A stretch of DNA of 64,000 nt, from NCBI GenBank assembly GCA_028534125.1, contig CM052816.1:73100001-73164000 (forward strand). The letters run 5' to 3'. The DNA is from Lama glama. Lineage: Eukaryota. Position numbers and translations under genes: made by a program. Below are positions 11,513 through 24,829 of the stretch, piece after piece (positions within the stretch are counted from its first letter, which is position 1; each line of letters starts with the position of its first letter). A model generated the notes under the pieces. It saw only the letters and a list, made by a program, of their open reading frames with translations, had not been told where the DNA came from and ran no database searches.

Positions 11513-12699
11513 GGTTAAAATTAATAATTTTTAGCTTGTATATCATCTAATTTGATCTTCTGAACCAAGTTGTGCATTAAATAATAAAACTATCACATAA
11601 CATGTTTTATCTTCCTACTTTAACAAAAAGCCTATAAAATGAAAAAATTGTCAAATTTGTCAAAATGTGATGGAAGGTGTTCCATTGAGGGACAAAGAAT
11701 GTTTGGATGAGAAATAAAGAAATACATAATCTATCAATTATTATATACATTTATTTCATAAAATTTGTTTTCTTGCTTTCAGTTTTGCAAAATATTTATT
11801 AAGTTCTTACAGTCAAATTTTTCCATATTTTGTGCTCTACAAATCCTAATTCAAAGAATTAAAAAATAGTTATTTTAAGAATGTATGAAATGTAAATATA
11901 TGTGTCAAAATATATGAATTCAAGTAACCATTGAGAATCAAAAAATAAAACGATTTTGTTTAAATTTTTTTCTTAAATATTCAAAATTATCTAATAAGAA
12001 TAAGAGTGAAAAACATAATTATTAAATAACAAAATTTCAAGTTAAAATTACTTAATTGAAATAGTTGTTAGCAGTTTCAGTGTTATGTGTGTCTGGTCGC
12101 CAAACCAAATAAAGGTCTACATACCTACTCATTCAAAAATAATGAGCTATTTAATATTTCACAATTTCCCTCAGCCACCAAACGCAACTGTTGCAAATAA
12201 CGTCTAATTCACAAATTTGTGAATACTTCTGGAAACTGGAAGCGGGAATTGATCCCAGAAAAGAAACAAGATGGAAGCTCAGCATTATTGAAAAGTGATC
12301 CTTTTTGTGTGATAAATCTTTGCTTCCCTATTGACAGGAAGGATTTGACAAGCGCTTCCAACACAGTCTTCGCAAACGCTTTGAAGCTGTGTTCGACTGG
12401 GGAATGGGCGATGGAACAAACCTCAGATCCTGGAATTGGATACAGTCACAGCTTCTTGGGAGGACACAGAGGAAGAGATTTTGAGCAATTTTTCCCTGTG
12501 ACCTGAAAGTTGTCACAGGAGCAGATCTATACACTGAAGCGTATGGTGCTAGTGCCCAGATGCCTCTGCACAATCTAATAAATTCACTTTCTTTTTACTT
12601 GTACCGTTCAGGATCCTCCGTCATGCAGGACACAGAGCAGGGGCCTCTTTGCCAAGATCTAAAGATGATACTTTTTCCAGTAATTGACTGAAGGCAGTA

Positions 12700-12810
12700 C
12701 TATAGTGATCCTCATTTGAGGATATGAAGAAAGGGGCACATAAGGGCTTAATTTACACAAAGATGGCCAGTTAGTAAGTGGCAGAGCCAGATTCAACCTA
12801 AGAAAGTTAA
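12700..12810 (-). mobile_element. MIR fragment
   Basis: ccagttagtaagtggcagagccagattcaacc. Confidence 0.7.
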
Positions 12811-14075
12811 ATACAAACACAAGACTTAAAAACTACGCAGAATAGTGCCGTGAACCTTTTAGGATTACTAACGACTCAGTTATCTTCTGCTTTCCACCCC
12901 TTCCTTACAGACCTCAGAGCTGGTCAGTCTGCAATGCTATCCTTCTCTATCGTTAGGAAGTTGATTGATGTCCTGTTGCTTTTTCCGACCTCCTGCAACA
13001 CGTTTGCTCTGAGATGCTTCTATATTTACTATTATATTTATTGCTTTTTTTCTTCCCTCCTTTCCCTTCTCTTCCCTGATTGTGATTACACTGGTCTGTC
13101 TTCAGCCAGTCCCACTAATTACCCTGTTTTAGATTATGCAATGCCAAATTAAAAAGATTTTTCATCTGTCCATCATTGTTCATGAAGACAGAAATTTCAC
13201 ATCAACGAACTGAATCATGCAACTGAAAAATAGAAAAAATATAAATCTTAATCTTACTTTGACAAGTTTTTAGTTGTATTTTTCTGTCTTGCCACATTTT
13301 AATTGTTCATAGAAAACAGGAAGACTTAAATGTATAGCTTGTGATTAAACTTTGTAATCACTTTGGATCCCAGTGGAATTTTCTACATTGACAAAGCTAC
13401 TTTTCCAGTTATTCAGGCTTCCTTTTTGCGTGTGATATTGTCGTGATTATGTTACCCTGATGAGAAAAAAGCAAGTCATATTTTGCAGATTTGTATGGGA
13501 AGTACCTTTTCAAGTGCACTACAGACAAGAAATAAATTTGTGTTATGAGATCTGGCCACAACATAATTTTAATCCTTGACTATTTGTAAAATTGTGTTCC
13601 CTTGTAAAACAAAGCAGTATTAGTTACTTCCATTCATCTCAATGACTTAGGAGAAAAGGATCCTAGGAGAAGTATGTTCACACTTGGCATTAACAGTTGG
13701 AGAGGAGAGGGGTCAATCGGGTGCTTAATCCACTCGTATGTATTGAACCAGGGTGGAAGAAACTCTGAAAGGCAGTGGATACCCTACCATGGTTGGGACA
13801 GACATTGTGTATAACTTCCCTATTTACTTAGGGCTTTGAGATGGAATTCAATCCTAATGATTTTCCTATGGAAAGAGCACCAGATGGGGGATGATGAAAG
13901 TGAATCATGGCCCCAAAGGGGACTGTTAGATGGCGTCCTTCATCAGCTACATGCTTCCCAGGGGAATCTCTTAGAATTTTTTACTTAGAGACCATGGATG
14001 AGAAAATGCTAAAGGTGAGGAGAGTGGACAGGCATTTGACATTACTTCTTTTAATTAGAAGAAAAAAAATCTGTT

Positions 14076-14452
14076 ATTTTCCCCCAGTTTTACTGAGAGA
14101 TAATTGACATACAGCACTGTATAAGTTTAAGGTGTACAGAATAAAGGCTTGATCTATATATATTGTAAAATGATTATCACAATTGTCTCAGCTAATATCA
14201 ATCTTCACATATGGATACAATAAAAAGGAAAGAAAGAAAGAAAGGAAAAAATTCTCCTCTTGATGAGAACTCAAGATTTACTTTCCTAACGACTTTCCTA
14301 TATATCACACGGCAGTGTTAGCTGCTGTCATCACGTTGTACATCACACCTCTGGTATTTGTTTATCTCACAACTGGGAGTTTGTACACTTAACCAACTTC
14401 CTCCAATTCCCTGTCTCCCCACTCTTGCCTCTGGTAACCACAGATCTGATCT
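14076..14452 (-). mobile_element. L1 3' UTR (L1MA9-like)
   Basis: ataattgacatacagcactgtataagtttaaggtgtaca...gcctctggtaaccacagatctgatct. Confidence 0.88.
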
Positions 14453-14481
14453 ATTATACCCACAAAATATAAAACAGGTGC

Positions 14482-14511
14482 GCACACACACACACACACA
14501 CATACACACAC
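14482..14511. repeat. (CA)n microsatellite
   Basis: Direct reading, one interruption. Confidence 0.95.
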
Positions 14512-14969
14512 CCCCTCTTAAGGTGACTGATTCTAAAAACTGTTTGGATGGGCTAAGAAGTAGCTTTGATGAGATCATTCGTCCCCTCAATAGCTAATGT
14601 CATTACTGAACAACTGTACATGAAAATCCAGAGAATGATCTTTCCGTTTTCAGGAATTTGGGATTCTATCCATATCCTGTATCTATTTAGTACCTCAAAT
14701 CTCAAATGTTTCTATGGCATTTTTTAAGAGTCTTTATCATCAAAGATCTATTTCCTCTTCAGTAAATAGCGACAAAGACATGATAACAATCCCCAAACCA
14801 AGTGTTGATTTCCATTCATCTTGATTAGACGGGACAAAAGCAGAAGAAATTCGTGCTTTCACTGGCTGGCAATAGCTATAAATGATAGTAAAGACGGCTA
14901 TTAAATACGAGTGCATAACATACAGAATGTTTTACATAGTATTTTATTTAACTCCTCATCAAACATTGA

Positions 14970-15190
14970 GGTGGTTAAAGCAGACCCCAGAGCTAGACTA
15001 ACCAGGTTTTAGTTCTGGTTTCACCACATCATGAGCTGTGTGGCATGGAGCAAGTTACTTAACTTTCTGGGACTCAGTTTTCTCATTTGCAAAATGTTGA
15101 TGTACTAATAGTATTTACTGACTAGGGTTATGTTGAGGATACCTGGCCTTGTGTTTACAAAGTGCGTAGAACTATACCCGGCACGTAGTC
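14970..15190 (+). mobile_element. MIR SINE
   Basis: gagctgtgtggcatggagcaagttacttaactttctgggactcagttttctcatttgcaaaatg core. Confidence 0.88.
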
Positions 15191-16383
15191 ACACAGACGG
15201 CATCAAACCCTACGAAGCCGGCAATGCTTTTCCCATTTCAGATAAAGGAACTGAGTCTCAGGGAGATTCACCAACTTTCTTAGATTACATGGTTTGTAAG
15301 GACCTGGATTTAGTAGCAGCACCAGAAATGGAGAGATCTCTGTGACAGATGTTGCCAACCCAGACTTATTAGTTATAACCGTTATTATTAGAATTTACAG
15401 AACTTAGCAACTGTTTAAACTTCTGAGCATCTCTATACTCAACAAGAATGCTAAAAACAAAAGCTCCATCTGTTGTTTTTGGCTGAATCAAATGACACAC
15501 TTCCGGCCACTTTCATAATATCTTTTATATCCAAACACCCTTCAAAAGCTTAGATTCATTTAGGTCATTGTACCTCCAGTTTGAACATTAATCTGGTTTT
15601 CATTCAGTTCTTTTTTTATGAAATGCAATGCAATTAAGAAGCATAACTATAAACACAAAGTTGTTTATAAAAATCAATGAGTTCTGCCCCACATCATTTG
15701 CAGGGAAAATTGTGTGTGAAATTTTTTCCTCCAGAAATCTGTACAATCACACTTAAAGTAAACAGTCTTAAAAGGGAATGAGTCTATGGGGTTAAGAAGC
15801 AATTCAGAAAGGGCTTCCCAGCAGTGTGTTCTGCAATTTGGGGAGGAGTGAATATCTTTTTATGAAATCACTTAGTGAGTCCTTTTGTAAGCCTACAAGT
15901 TTTATTCTGTGGAGGCTTGGTGTATAAGAAAAACGTGGTATGCTGAAGAGTTTTCCAGCTTTTGTTTACTCCTTCTCATTTACATGGTGTGTTAGTCTAC
16001 CCAGCCAAAGGAATCTTAATTAATTCAAAGGCGTCTAATAATAAAGCTATTGTGTAGAAGAAACTAGGCATTATGGCAGTAACTAAATGCTTTGAGCATC
16101 AAGAATATTTCAGGTTTGTGGAGACAGTCAAAGCATCACAAGGGCTTCCTTCTGCCCTTGCCTTCAGCCCACAACCCGCTCTGATCTTAATGGCTCCCAG
16201 ACATAGCCATCTGCTGGAAAACAAGCCGCTGGACAACAGGCAACTAGAAAACAAGCCACATCTAAATTTCCACGAGCTTAAAATATTGTATTCACACTTA
16301 CTTGCTTAAAATGCACATGCTTGCTTTGTTTTAATGTTTTGCGCAGTAGATGACCTATAACATGTATTATGCTAAAGACAATT

Positions 16384-16876
16384 TGTGAGGGGCAATCCTG
16401 AGATTGACCATAACGGCATGAAGGAGGTCAGATATTTCCTTAGGGTAAAACAATGGATGGTCTTAGAAAGCCAGACCATCCATTGGCAGAACTTTGTTCT
16501 GGCATGAAAGATGCTGTTGAACCCAGGGGAAGTATCTGCTCTCTTGAGATGTCCCAGAGGCAATGACAGAACAGACTCAGAAATTTTGCATACCCCGAGG
16601 AGGGTGATTGTTCCTGGAAGGAATGGGCCTGAAATTAATCAGTTAACCAGCAAGCAGAACTTTGTGCTTATCACATGGAATATCTAAAGCCCCACCTCTT
16701 TGATCACATTTTTTTCTGAGCTATATAAATATGATGTCGCCCAGGTTTTCGGCGCTCTAGATCCATGAGATCTTGAGTCTCCTGGTCCCATCTTTGCTCT
16801 TTATTTAGTCTCTTTGTTTCTTAAGTCTTGTGTCGCCCATCCTCAGACACGATCCCGAGCTGCGCTGGACGCAGCA
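16384..16876 (+). mobile_element. ERV solo LTR (probably lineage-specific, ERV2/ERVK-like)
   Basis: About 490 bp tg...ca unit; TATA-like ctatataaat at 16721-16730; pyrimidine-rich U5 and GC-rich end gagctgcgctggacgcagca; no clear TSD found. Confidence 0.7.
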
Positions 16877-19239
16877 GCCATCCAAGGTTTTGTCTCATGT
16901 AGGGGAGGGGTAACTGAGTAGCTTTTTGATGGGTCTCTGTGTGGCATCTATGAGAAGGCGGGGGAAGAGGATGATGACTCACTAAGTATGACCAACTGGG
17001 CCCCCAATTTTATGCAGCTTTGTATTTTTTGGAAAACACTTCTTAAGCACACTCAGGCAGTCTGATTTATAAAACAGCTTTGTCTTCTACTGCTGAATAA
17101 TCCTACTAAGGCACCCAGTAAACTATAGCGTGACTTAAATGAAAGTTTGACCTCGTAAATTCCAGGAGTCCCAGTCAGTTTAACCCCAGAAGGGTTTTTT
17201 TTTTTTTTCCTCAAATGCTCAGTTATTTTGTTCAATGGGTCTGAACAAGGCCTAGGTAGGGAAATGAGAGCTGGAACACAAGGCACAGAGTAAGTATTGA
17301 AGGAGACATGGAAACATCACCTCTAATTGAATCTTTGATAGGAGGAGCAAACTTTCCAAAGGATCAATCCATGGTAACCATTTCCATGGGAAATTTTCAA
17401 AACATGGCATTTGAGCATAAAAATGATAAAACAGTAAAATGCTAGAAATAGTATCAATGGTAAGTTGGTATTCTATTTTAATTCCTTTTTTTGGATTATA
17501 AAGAAATATATATTGATTGTACAATAATCTGGAAATTAGAGAAAACCTTAATGGAAAACAGAAATCCAGTTCACTAGAGATAACTTACTGTCCTATTACA
17601 AATATAGTATATACTTTACTAGAGAACAAATTTGAGGCTACAGAAAAGAAAATGAAAAAGTTATTTATGATCCTTACAAATCAAGGGCAACTATAGTTAG
17701 TCACTCTTGACTGGTCAGGTGATGTGATTATGTTTGTTACATCAAGGACATTGAAACATAATAGTTAATTTTCATAAAATCCTTTCTAAGTCTGGAATTT
17801 TAATTAAGCACAGCCTAATGAATATCAAGGTAAGATACAGCAGATCATGCAATCATTTCACATTTTAAATGCATGTATATAATGCTAATAATATCCAAGA
17901 GTCTCATATGAATCATTCTCTTTATGGAGTCAAAAGTAAGAAACACAGTTCAGTACCATAAATAAACAGAAAAAAATGTATCCTATAGAGTCCTCCACAC
18001 CCCACTGAAACCTCACACCAATGCTTTTAAAAGCCCCTTTATTCACTGCTTAATTCTTCATTCCCAGCAGCTGCTGATCAGCACTGCTTGCAACTGAACA
18101 GCAAAATTTCCTTTCCACTCTCAGGCTCTTAATAGGCAATTTCAATTTAGAAGCTCTGGAAATGGCACTCCCGACTCCAATCCAATGCCGTCTGTCTTCC
18201 TAAACACCGAAGGATCACAAAGATCAGCTTTCCTTCCTCAGAATGTGGAGAAGGAAGGAAATTCAGCTGCAAATAACTTATTTGTATGTGTGTAGGAACT
18301 GGAGGACAGAAAAGCCGTGAACGCCTTCCTGGTTGGTTATTTTTCACCTGTCCTATGACCAAAATTTGGAGTTTTGTTGAACTCTATTTGTAGTATCTTA
18401 TTTAAGCTGTAAAGTTGAGGCATATTGGTCTTTTTTTATGGCCTAGGTGTTTATTATGAAATAGCCAGCGAGCCACATGAAAGCATTGTAAAACAGTTAA
18501 ATGTAGGTGAGTCTGTGTTTGTATGTGTGTATGTATGTGTCTTTTGGGTAAATTTGTCACTGTATGTGTAAGCAAATAGATATTCACTGATGAAATGTTC
18601 AAGAAGGGAGCTTTGGAAGCTAAACAAAAAAAGAAAGAAATGGACAAATGTTCATCAAGAGCAGAGATGTCCAGGATACGTCTCTGTATCCTACTAGAAA
18701 CCTGTTTGTAGGCAGGGAAATCGTTTCATAAGACAGGGCTACAGTGAGTTATAAATACTTCTGCAAACAAAAATTATGATAATCTTGAACAATAAAAATG
18801 AAATCAAAAGAAAGTGATATAAGAAAAGGGAAAATAGCTTTTTAAAAAATAAAAACCTGACACATAGACAAAGAAGAACAAACAATAAAGTCACTGGAAC
18901 TTTAAGTTTTTCTATTATCAGGTTATATGGAATGCAGACCATAAATGGTAAAACCTGAATTGTCAACCAGCTGGACTAAATGCATGTTTCAATAGGTCTC
19001 ATCATAGCTAAAGTTCTGCTTTACAGCAACTCTCCTTCATGGGTGTTAGGGTGATTCCTTCCTGAATCACAACACTTGGGGTGGAAAAAAAAGACAAAAT
19101 TCTGGTATATATGGAAAAATTTTAATCGTTTTTTTAAAAATATTTAACTACCAAAATAACAAAGTTAGTTGAATTATTTTAGACTAAAATGGATGCCTCT
19201 TTTCTGAAACGGACTAGATTATCTTCTCTGGCCACCTAC

Positions 19240-19390
19240 AGTTCTCCTCAAATTAATATGCCTGAGTCACCTAATGAATGGTCTTACTGAAACGTAGATT
19301 CTTACTTAGCAGGTACAGGGTGGGCTGGGACTGCCTTTCTAAGGTGCTCCCATGTGTTGTTGCTGCCATATTTGTGCTGACTGGGAAACT
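19240..19390. mobile_element. Degenerate MER5-like hAT element
   Basis: gagtcacct...agattct...caggtacagggtggg...ctgcctttcta..gtgctccca pattern. Confidence 0.45.
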
Positions 19391-22300
19391 GAATTTTATT
19401 TTGTAAAATTTCAACTTAATTTCCATAACCATACATGACATATCAGGTAGTGCAGGACTCTACACAATATACTTTATCAGAAAATTGTTACTTGCCTACG
19501 ATCTGTGTGAACGCACACCATCTGCAAATGTGCTGTACTTTATGCATCTTTATGAGAACACAGGTGCTCTGGCTGTGGTACAGTGCACTTCACTGAATTC
19601 TCTGGGTGAGATTTACTACCCCGGTGGCTACTCACTGGAAAAGTTGATCCCACAGTGTTCTGAATTTTACTTGCGGCTGCCTGGGAAAATACAAAATGAA
19701 TCATCAAGAAATGTTGCAGATTACCAAGGAGCTTTTAAGGCAGAATAAATTGTTCTTGTTTTTTCCTTTCCTTTCAATTGAGTGAAATACCCACAAAGGC
19801 ATATACACGATAGAAACAAGAGTCACATGCAATCAGAACCCTAGTTTACCAAAGTGATTTCAATTTCAAATAAGCTTGTACCCTATGATTGTTTCCAACA
19901 GGAAAATGGCTACATCAAAGTCATTTCTGAGCTGTGTGATGAAGGAGCAACTTGTCATGAAATTGAAGCCCAGACTTTTGAGTCATAAACTAAATTCTGG
20001 GTTTATCCTGTTATCACTGACTCCCGTCTTAGCCTTGGACAAGGTGCTTCTCATCATAATATTCAGCTCACATGCACAAACATGGAAACATAATGACAAA
20101 TGGTATATGAATATTCATTTCTCAAATAAGAATAATCATAGTGGTACCAATAACAGTGATGAAAATAAAACTATCTTACCCTTGTAAATTACTTGGAAGG
20201 TTACAAAGTACTTACACATGATATTCATATTAATTTTCAGGTAAGATAGCAAACAAAATATATAAGAAAAACAGCTAACTTTTGTTACTTTTGTTTGTTG
20301 TTAATATGTTTCCAGGAAATAAGAAGTGATAACCTCATACCCCTTTGCAGATGTGTTCTGATGCTTCACAGCTGCTGTCTTCCCCACCTCTCCCTGCTCC
20401 ACCTCTTCATCCTCCTCCTCCTCATCACTGTTATCATTTTTTATTTTCGTGATGCCCCTAAAGACTAGAGTAGAAGTATCAGTATTTTGCATGCCTTCTT
20501 GAAAGCCAGTGGTGTTTTATGCAAAAATAAAACTACCTTTCAACTTATAAGAATTGTTTTTTCTCTTCTAAAAGGGCTTTTGCAAAAGCCTTTTCCTGAT
20601 TAGGTTAAAGAAAATTAACTTTCAAAGTCCATCAAATTGCAAGAAAAATCAAGGAGTACTTTGAGTTGCTAGTAAGCATCCAAAAAACACAGAGTAATAT
20701 TAAAATCAACAAAACAATAAACCATATTGCATAAAAGTGCCCATTTCCTCAGACAACTTTTATCTTCAAAGTTCTGTCTTTGAAAATCATAACCAGAATT
20801 CTGACGTTTGAAAAATGCTTGGCAAAGGTGTATGATCTTGCTATAATTTTCACATTATGAACAGTGTTTAACACAATCAATTTGGTTTCGTGTTCAAGGA
20901 ATATGAACAAAAGGGCAACTTGAAGTTTCACAGTTATAATGAAAAAAGCAAAGTCAAACAGGTGTACATTATTTGTGTTAGAAAAATCTAAAATGGAGTC
21001 AAGATCATTTTAGGCTGATTGTTTTGCAAATTTTTTTTAACATTTATATTTTTGAAAAGATTTACCACCTCTTAACACAAAGAAGGAAGAAACTATAAAT
21101 TCAATTACAATTGCAGGAATATATGATTGTGTATGATTGTGAAAATGTAACAGTCATAAATACATCCAATATTAATGCTTTCTTAATGGTTTCTGAGAAT
21201 TTCTTCCCTTAACACATATTACAATTGTGAGCTCTTCTGATGTAGACCCAGAATTTGTACCAGTGTCAGTTTTAAAAAAGTTAATTCATTCAGATTCTAT
21301 TTCAGAATGTTGATAGATGACCTCAGTCAAGTTATTTTGTACTAATCATGAACATTTCTGCACATTGGCCAAGTCTTATGGGACAGAGTGGAGCTAGCAA
21401 TGGTTTTATGTGGTAGACTCTGATATGTATAAAATTTATAGATGGATGAATTTGTCCTGGTTATCTGCAGATCTCAAATGCACACTTTATGAAGTTTTAA
21501 AGACATATTCTTTTTTTCAATTTATCATGACTAATGTGAGTTAAAATGCCTACTTTGCATAGTATTCAATTCTTGAAAAGCTGAAGACGTAAAAAATTTT
21601 TAGATAGGTCAAAATATCTTCAGTTTCAAGTCTGTTGCTTTAATACACAATGGTGCTATCATTAGATTACTGTGCATCCAGTAAATCTATATTATGAAAG
21701 TGTATTTCTGTACATAGAAAGACCTTATTGAAACATTTATAAATGAAAAATGCCTCAAAACATACATTTACTGAATGCTAGATTAAGTCTATATTTTTAT
21801 AAAGAGAAACATAGAGATATACAGACAAACATGAAAACAAGTATCCGTTAAGATAAACATCAAAATTGTAACAGTGACTATTATGAAGTTGTGGAATTAT
21901 GGTTAATTGGTTCCATTTCTCCATATGCTTTTTGAAGTTTTGGGTATTAAGCATGAACTACTTTCTAACAGGAAAACATAAATATGTGCTTGTGTGTGTA
22001 TGTGTGTAATTTTTTTTCTTCAAAGAAATTTTTCTCTGATATCCACCTCCTTACAGAGATTTCGTGGTGAACTATAAATAATAACATTAACAACCTCATT
22101 TTTTATTGTAAGACAAACTTTTTGGCTAATAGATGAACACCATTCTTCAATTCTTGCTAACACAAAGATTTGACTTCAAGGTTACCAAAGACATCAAAGT
22201 TGAGAGAAAAAGAACCTTAATCTACAATTAATGTTTTCTAGCACAATAAAATCGCCATGGATAAAGCACTTTGCCTTTTAAACGTTTAAAGATGATTTAA

Positions 22301-22649
22301 CATCAGCTATAACCCAAGCAAGCATTGCTTAGAGGGGAGCTTTATTCCGTGATGGCTGAGATGAAAGAGTTTTACTGTTTGTTTACCTCTTCAAGGAAAA
22401 CAAAACACCATTCAGAGAGAATGTATTAGGCAATTTAACAATCGACAATTGGAAAATTAGGCAATTTAACAGTATGAAACACTAACTACTCCTTCTGGAG
22501 AACAATTTATTCTGCCCTATTTTGTGAAATACTGAGAGCTAGTTTAGGTTGCAAAGTTGGTGATAATCATGATAAACTGTAGTAGTCAATTCAATTCAGC
22601 AAACACTTGTAAACAACTGCTTTGTTTTGCTAGACTCTGCGCCAGAATT

Positions 22650-22775
22650 CCCATGTGCGATCTGAACCCCACACTTTATAACTCTGAGATGTTGGACAAG
22701 TTGCACAACCTTTTGCTGCCTTAGTTTCCTCACCTGTAAAATAAAGATTATAGCTATCTCATCGGGTTAAATAAG
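22650..22775 (+). mobile_element. MIR fragment
   Basis: ttggacaagttgcacaacc...ccttagtttcctcacctgtaaaat. Confidence 0.8.
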
Positions 22776-24022
22776 CTAGAAATATGAAGGCTAAATCTCA
22801 TTTCACCAAGGAAATAAGAAAATGTCACCTTCTCAGATGCAAACAGTACGTCTTCAGCATCACCCATCTGAGAAGGTGGTTGATTAATAGATCAATGTAC
22901 GGAGTATCTCAGGTTAGACCCAAATTATTTTTTTCCTAAGAGCTCCTACAAACACCAGAGTGTTTATCAACTGTGTTGTAATATGCTCCAGATAATATTT
23001 GTATGTATCTTTGATAAAGATAATTAAAGAAGGAAATTATGTCATTGTATCTATAACCAATATATAGACCAATATTAAATTGGAAGGGTAGAGACAAATA
23101 ATTTTTTTTTCCATCGTAACCTTCAAACATTTGCAGTTAAATCTTTCTTCACTGCCCCTTAAAGACATATTGAGTAAATTCTGTAATCCTCTGCCAGTTT
23201 TAGGTTTTAAACTCCAATCCACTCTAATCTAATTTGAAATATCAAGCTCACATCCAGTTTATTGCTCAGAGCCTCTCCTCCTCTCTGTGCTTGTGACGTG
23301 GGTCAGAAAGGTGGAAAGCCCGTGGTCAGCTCTTCCATGTCCCCCTTCCTTCCCTTTTCTGAGTCCATTTCCTCCATTATTTTAAAGACTAATATTAGTC
23401 TTTAGAACAAAGGGAGCAATGACTTTTCGCTGAACCATGCTATTGTAGTTCTCGCCTGCCTTTTGTGGCTTCTCTGACCAACCTCAAGAGACTGTGCCAC
23501 TGAGAGGAGGTAATGCCTGAGGCCGGCTCCTGAAGCACTCATGTGGGGCCTGGGGGCAGTCAGGTGGTGCAACGTCCCAGTTTCTGCGGTGTCAGCTTGA
23601 GCGTCATCCTCGACGCAGTGTGGTTGCCCCAGTGTGTGACTACAGCTTATCCCTCTGCTCATTATCTCCCTCTGACTTGAGTCTTTCCCCAGCTAGATCT
23701 GCCCAGAGGGAGAACATCAAGTCTGCTGCCTAAACAAAAGTCCACCCAGGAAATGAGTTGTCAGTCTCACCCTCTTGATTTTACTGATTCTCTTGGAGCT
23801 ATTCCCCACTTGGCTTGACAGGAGAAGGAAAGGGAGTCAAATAGCCCTCCTCGAGTAGAAGACTAAGGATTCTTCCAATGCAATGAATGAATTTTCTAGG
23901 GGTCGGAAGGAGAGATAAAGATTCAGGAAGTGGTTAAGAGCAGTCAAGCTGATTTAGCCCTTTTAATAAGCTGTGGACAAAGTTCTGGACTGTACTGTCT
24001 TCAGCTCTACTTTGAATAGTCT

Positions 24023-24519
24023 TGTGGTAGGTAGAACAATGGCTTCCCAAAGCTGTCATGTCCTAACCTCTGGGACCTATGTAAATGTGTCACATGGCAA
24101 AGGGAAATGAAGACAGCATATGAATTTAAGCTTCCTAATCAGATGGAAAAGATAAAGACATTATCAGATGGGCCTGATGTAATCACAAGAGTCATTAAAT
24201 ATGGACAAGAAACAGAAGAGTCAGTGTCAGAGTGATGCAAATGTGAGAAAAAGTTGACCAGCTGCTGCTGGCTTTGAAGGTGGAAAGGGACCACGAGGCA
24301 AGGACTACAGGCAGCCTTCAGATGCTGGAAAAGACAAGGAAACAGATCTTCCTTTAGAGCCCCCAGGAGGAGTGTAGCTCTGCAAACCCCTTGATTTTAG
24401 CCCAGTGATATCCATTTCAGACTCCTGACCTCTAGAACCGTAAAATAATAAACGTGTGCTGTTTTTTAAGACACCAAGTTTGTAGCAATTTGTTTCACCA
24501 ACAATAGGAAGTTAATACA
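24023..24519 (+). mobile_element. MaLR solo LTR (MLT1D-like)
   Basis: tgtggtaggtagaacaatggc start; ttgattttagcccagtga; caataggaagttaataca end. Confidence 0.9.
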
Positions 24520-24829
24520 GGGTCCTAGCAATCAACTTTATTACCAAAAAAAAAAAATCCCTCTCTTTCCTATTTCATGACCAAGAGAGACCCACATTAT
24601 GCTTTGTTAATGTGAAGGTTCTGCTTTACATTGAAAATCTATCCTGGTTTTGTAATATGATAAACCGGGCTGTCCGCTCATATTTAACACACTGCTCCAA
24701 GACCATATTTGTAAAGCAGCATTTCCATTTAATTTTTCTTTCCCCTTAAGAGACATCAACATGTGTGAGAGAATGCATTAATTCATGGTCAGACAACTGG
24801 TCATCTCTTTTGCACTGAAATGGTAGGCT

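Noticed and set aside
20301..20492. Acidic ORF with DEEEEDEE run
   Set aside because: Derived from a short (TCC)n tract; no splice context or recognisable domain.
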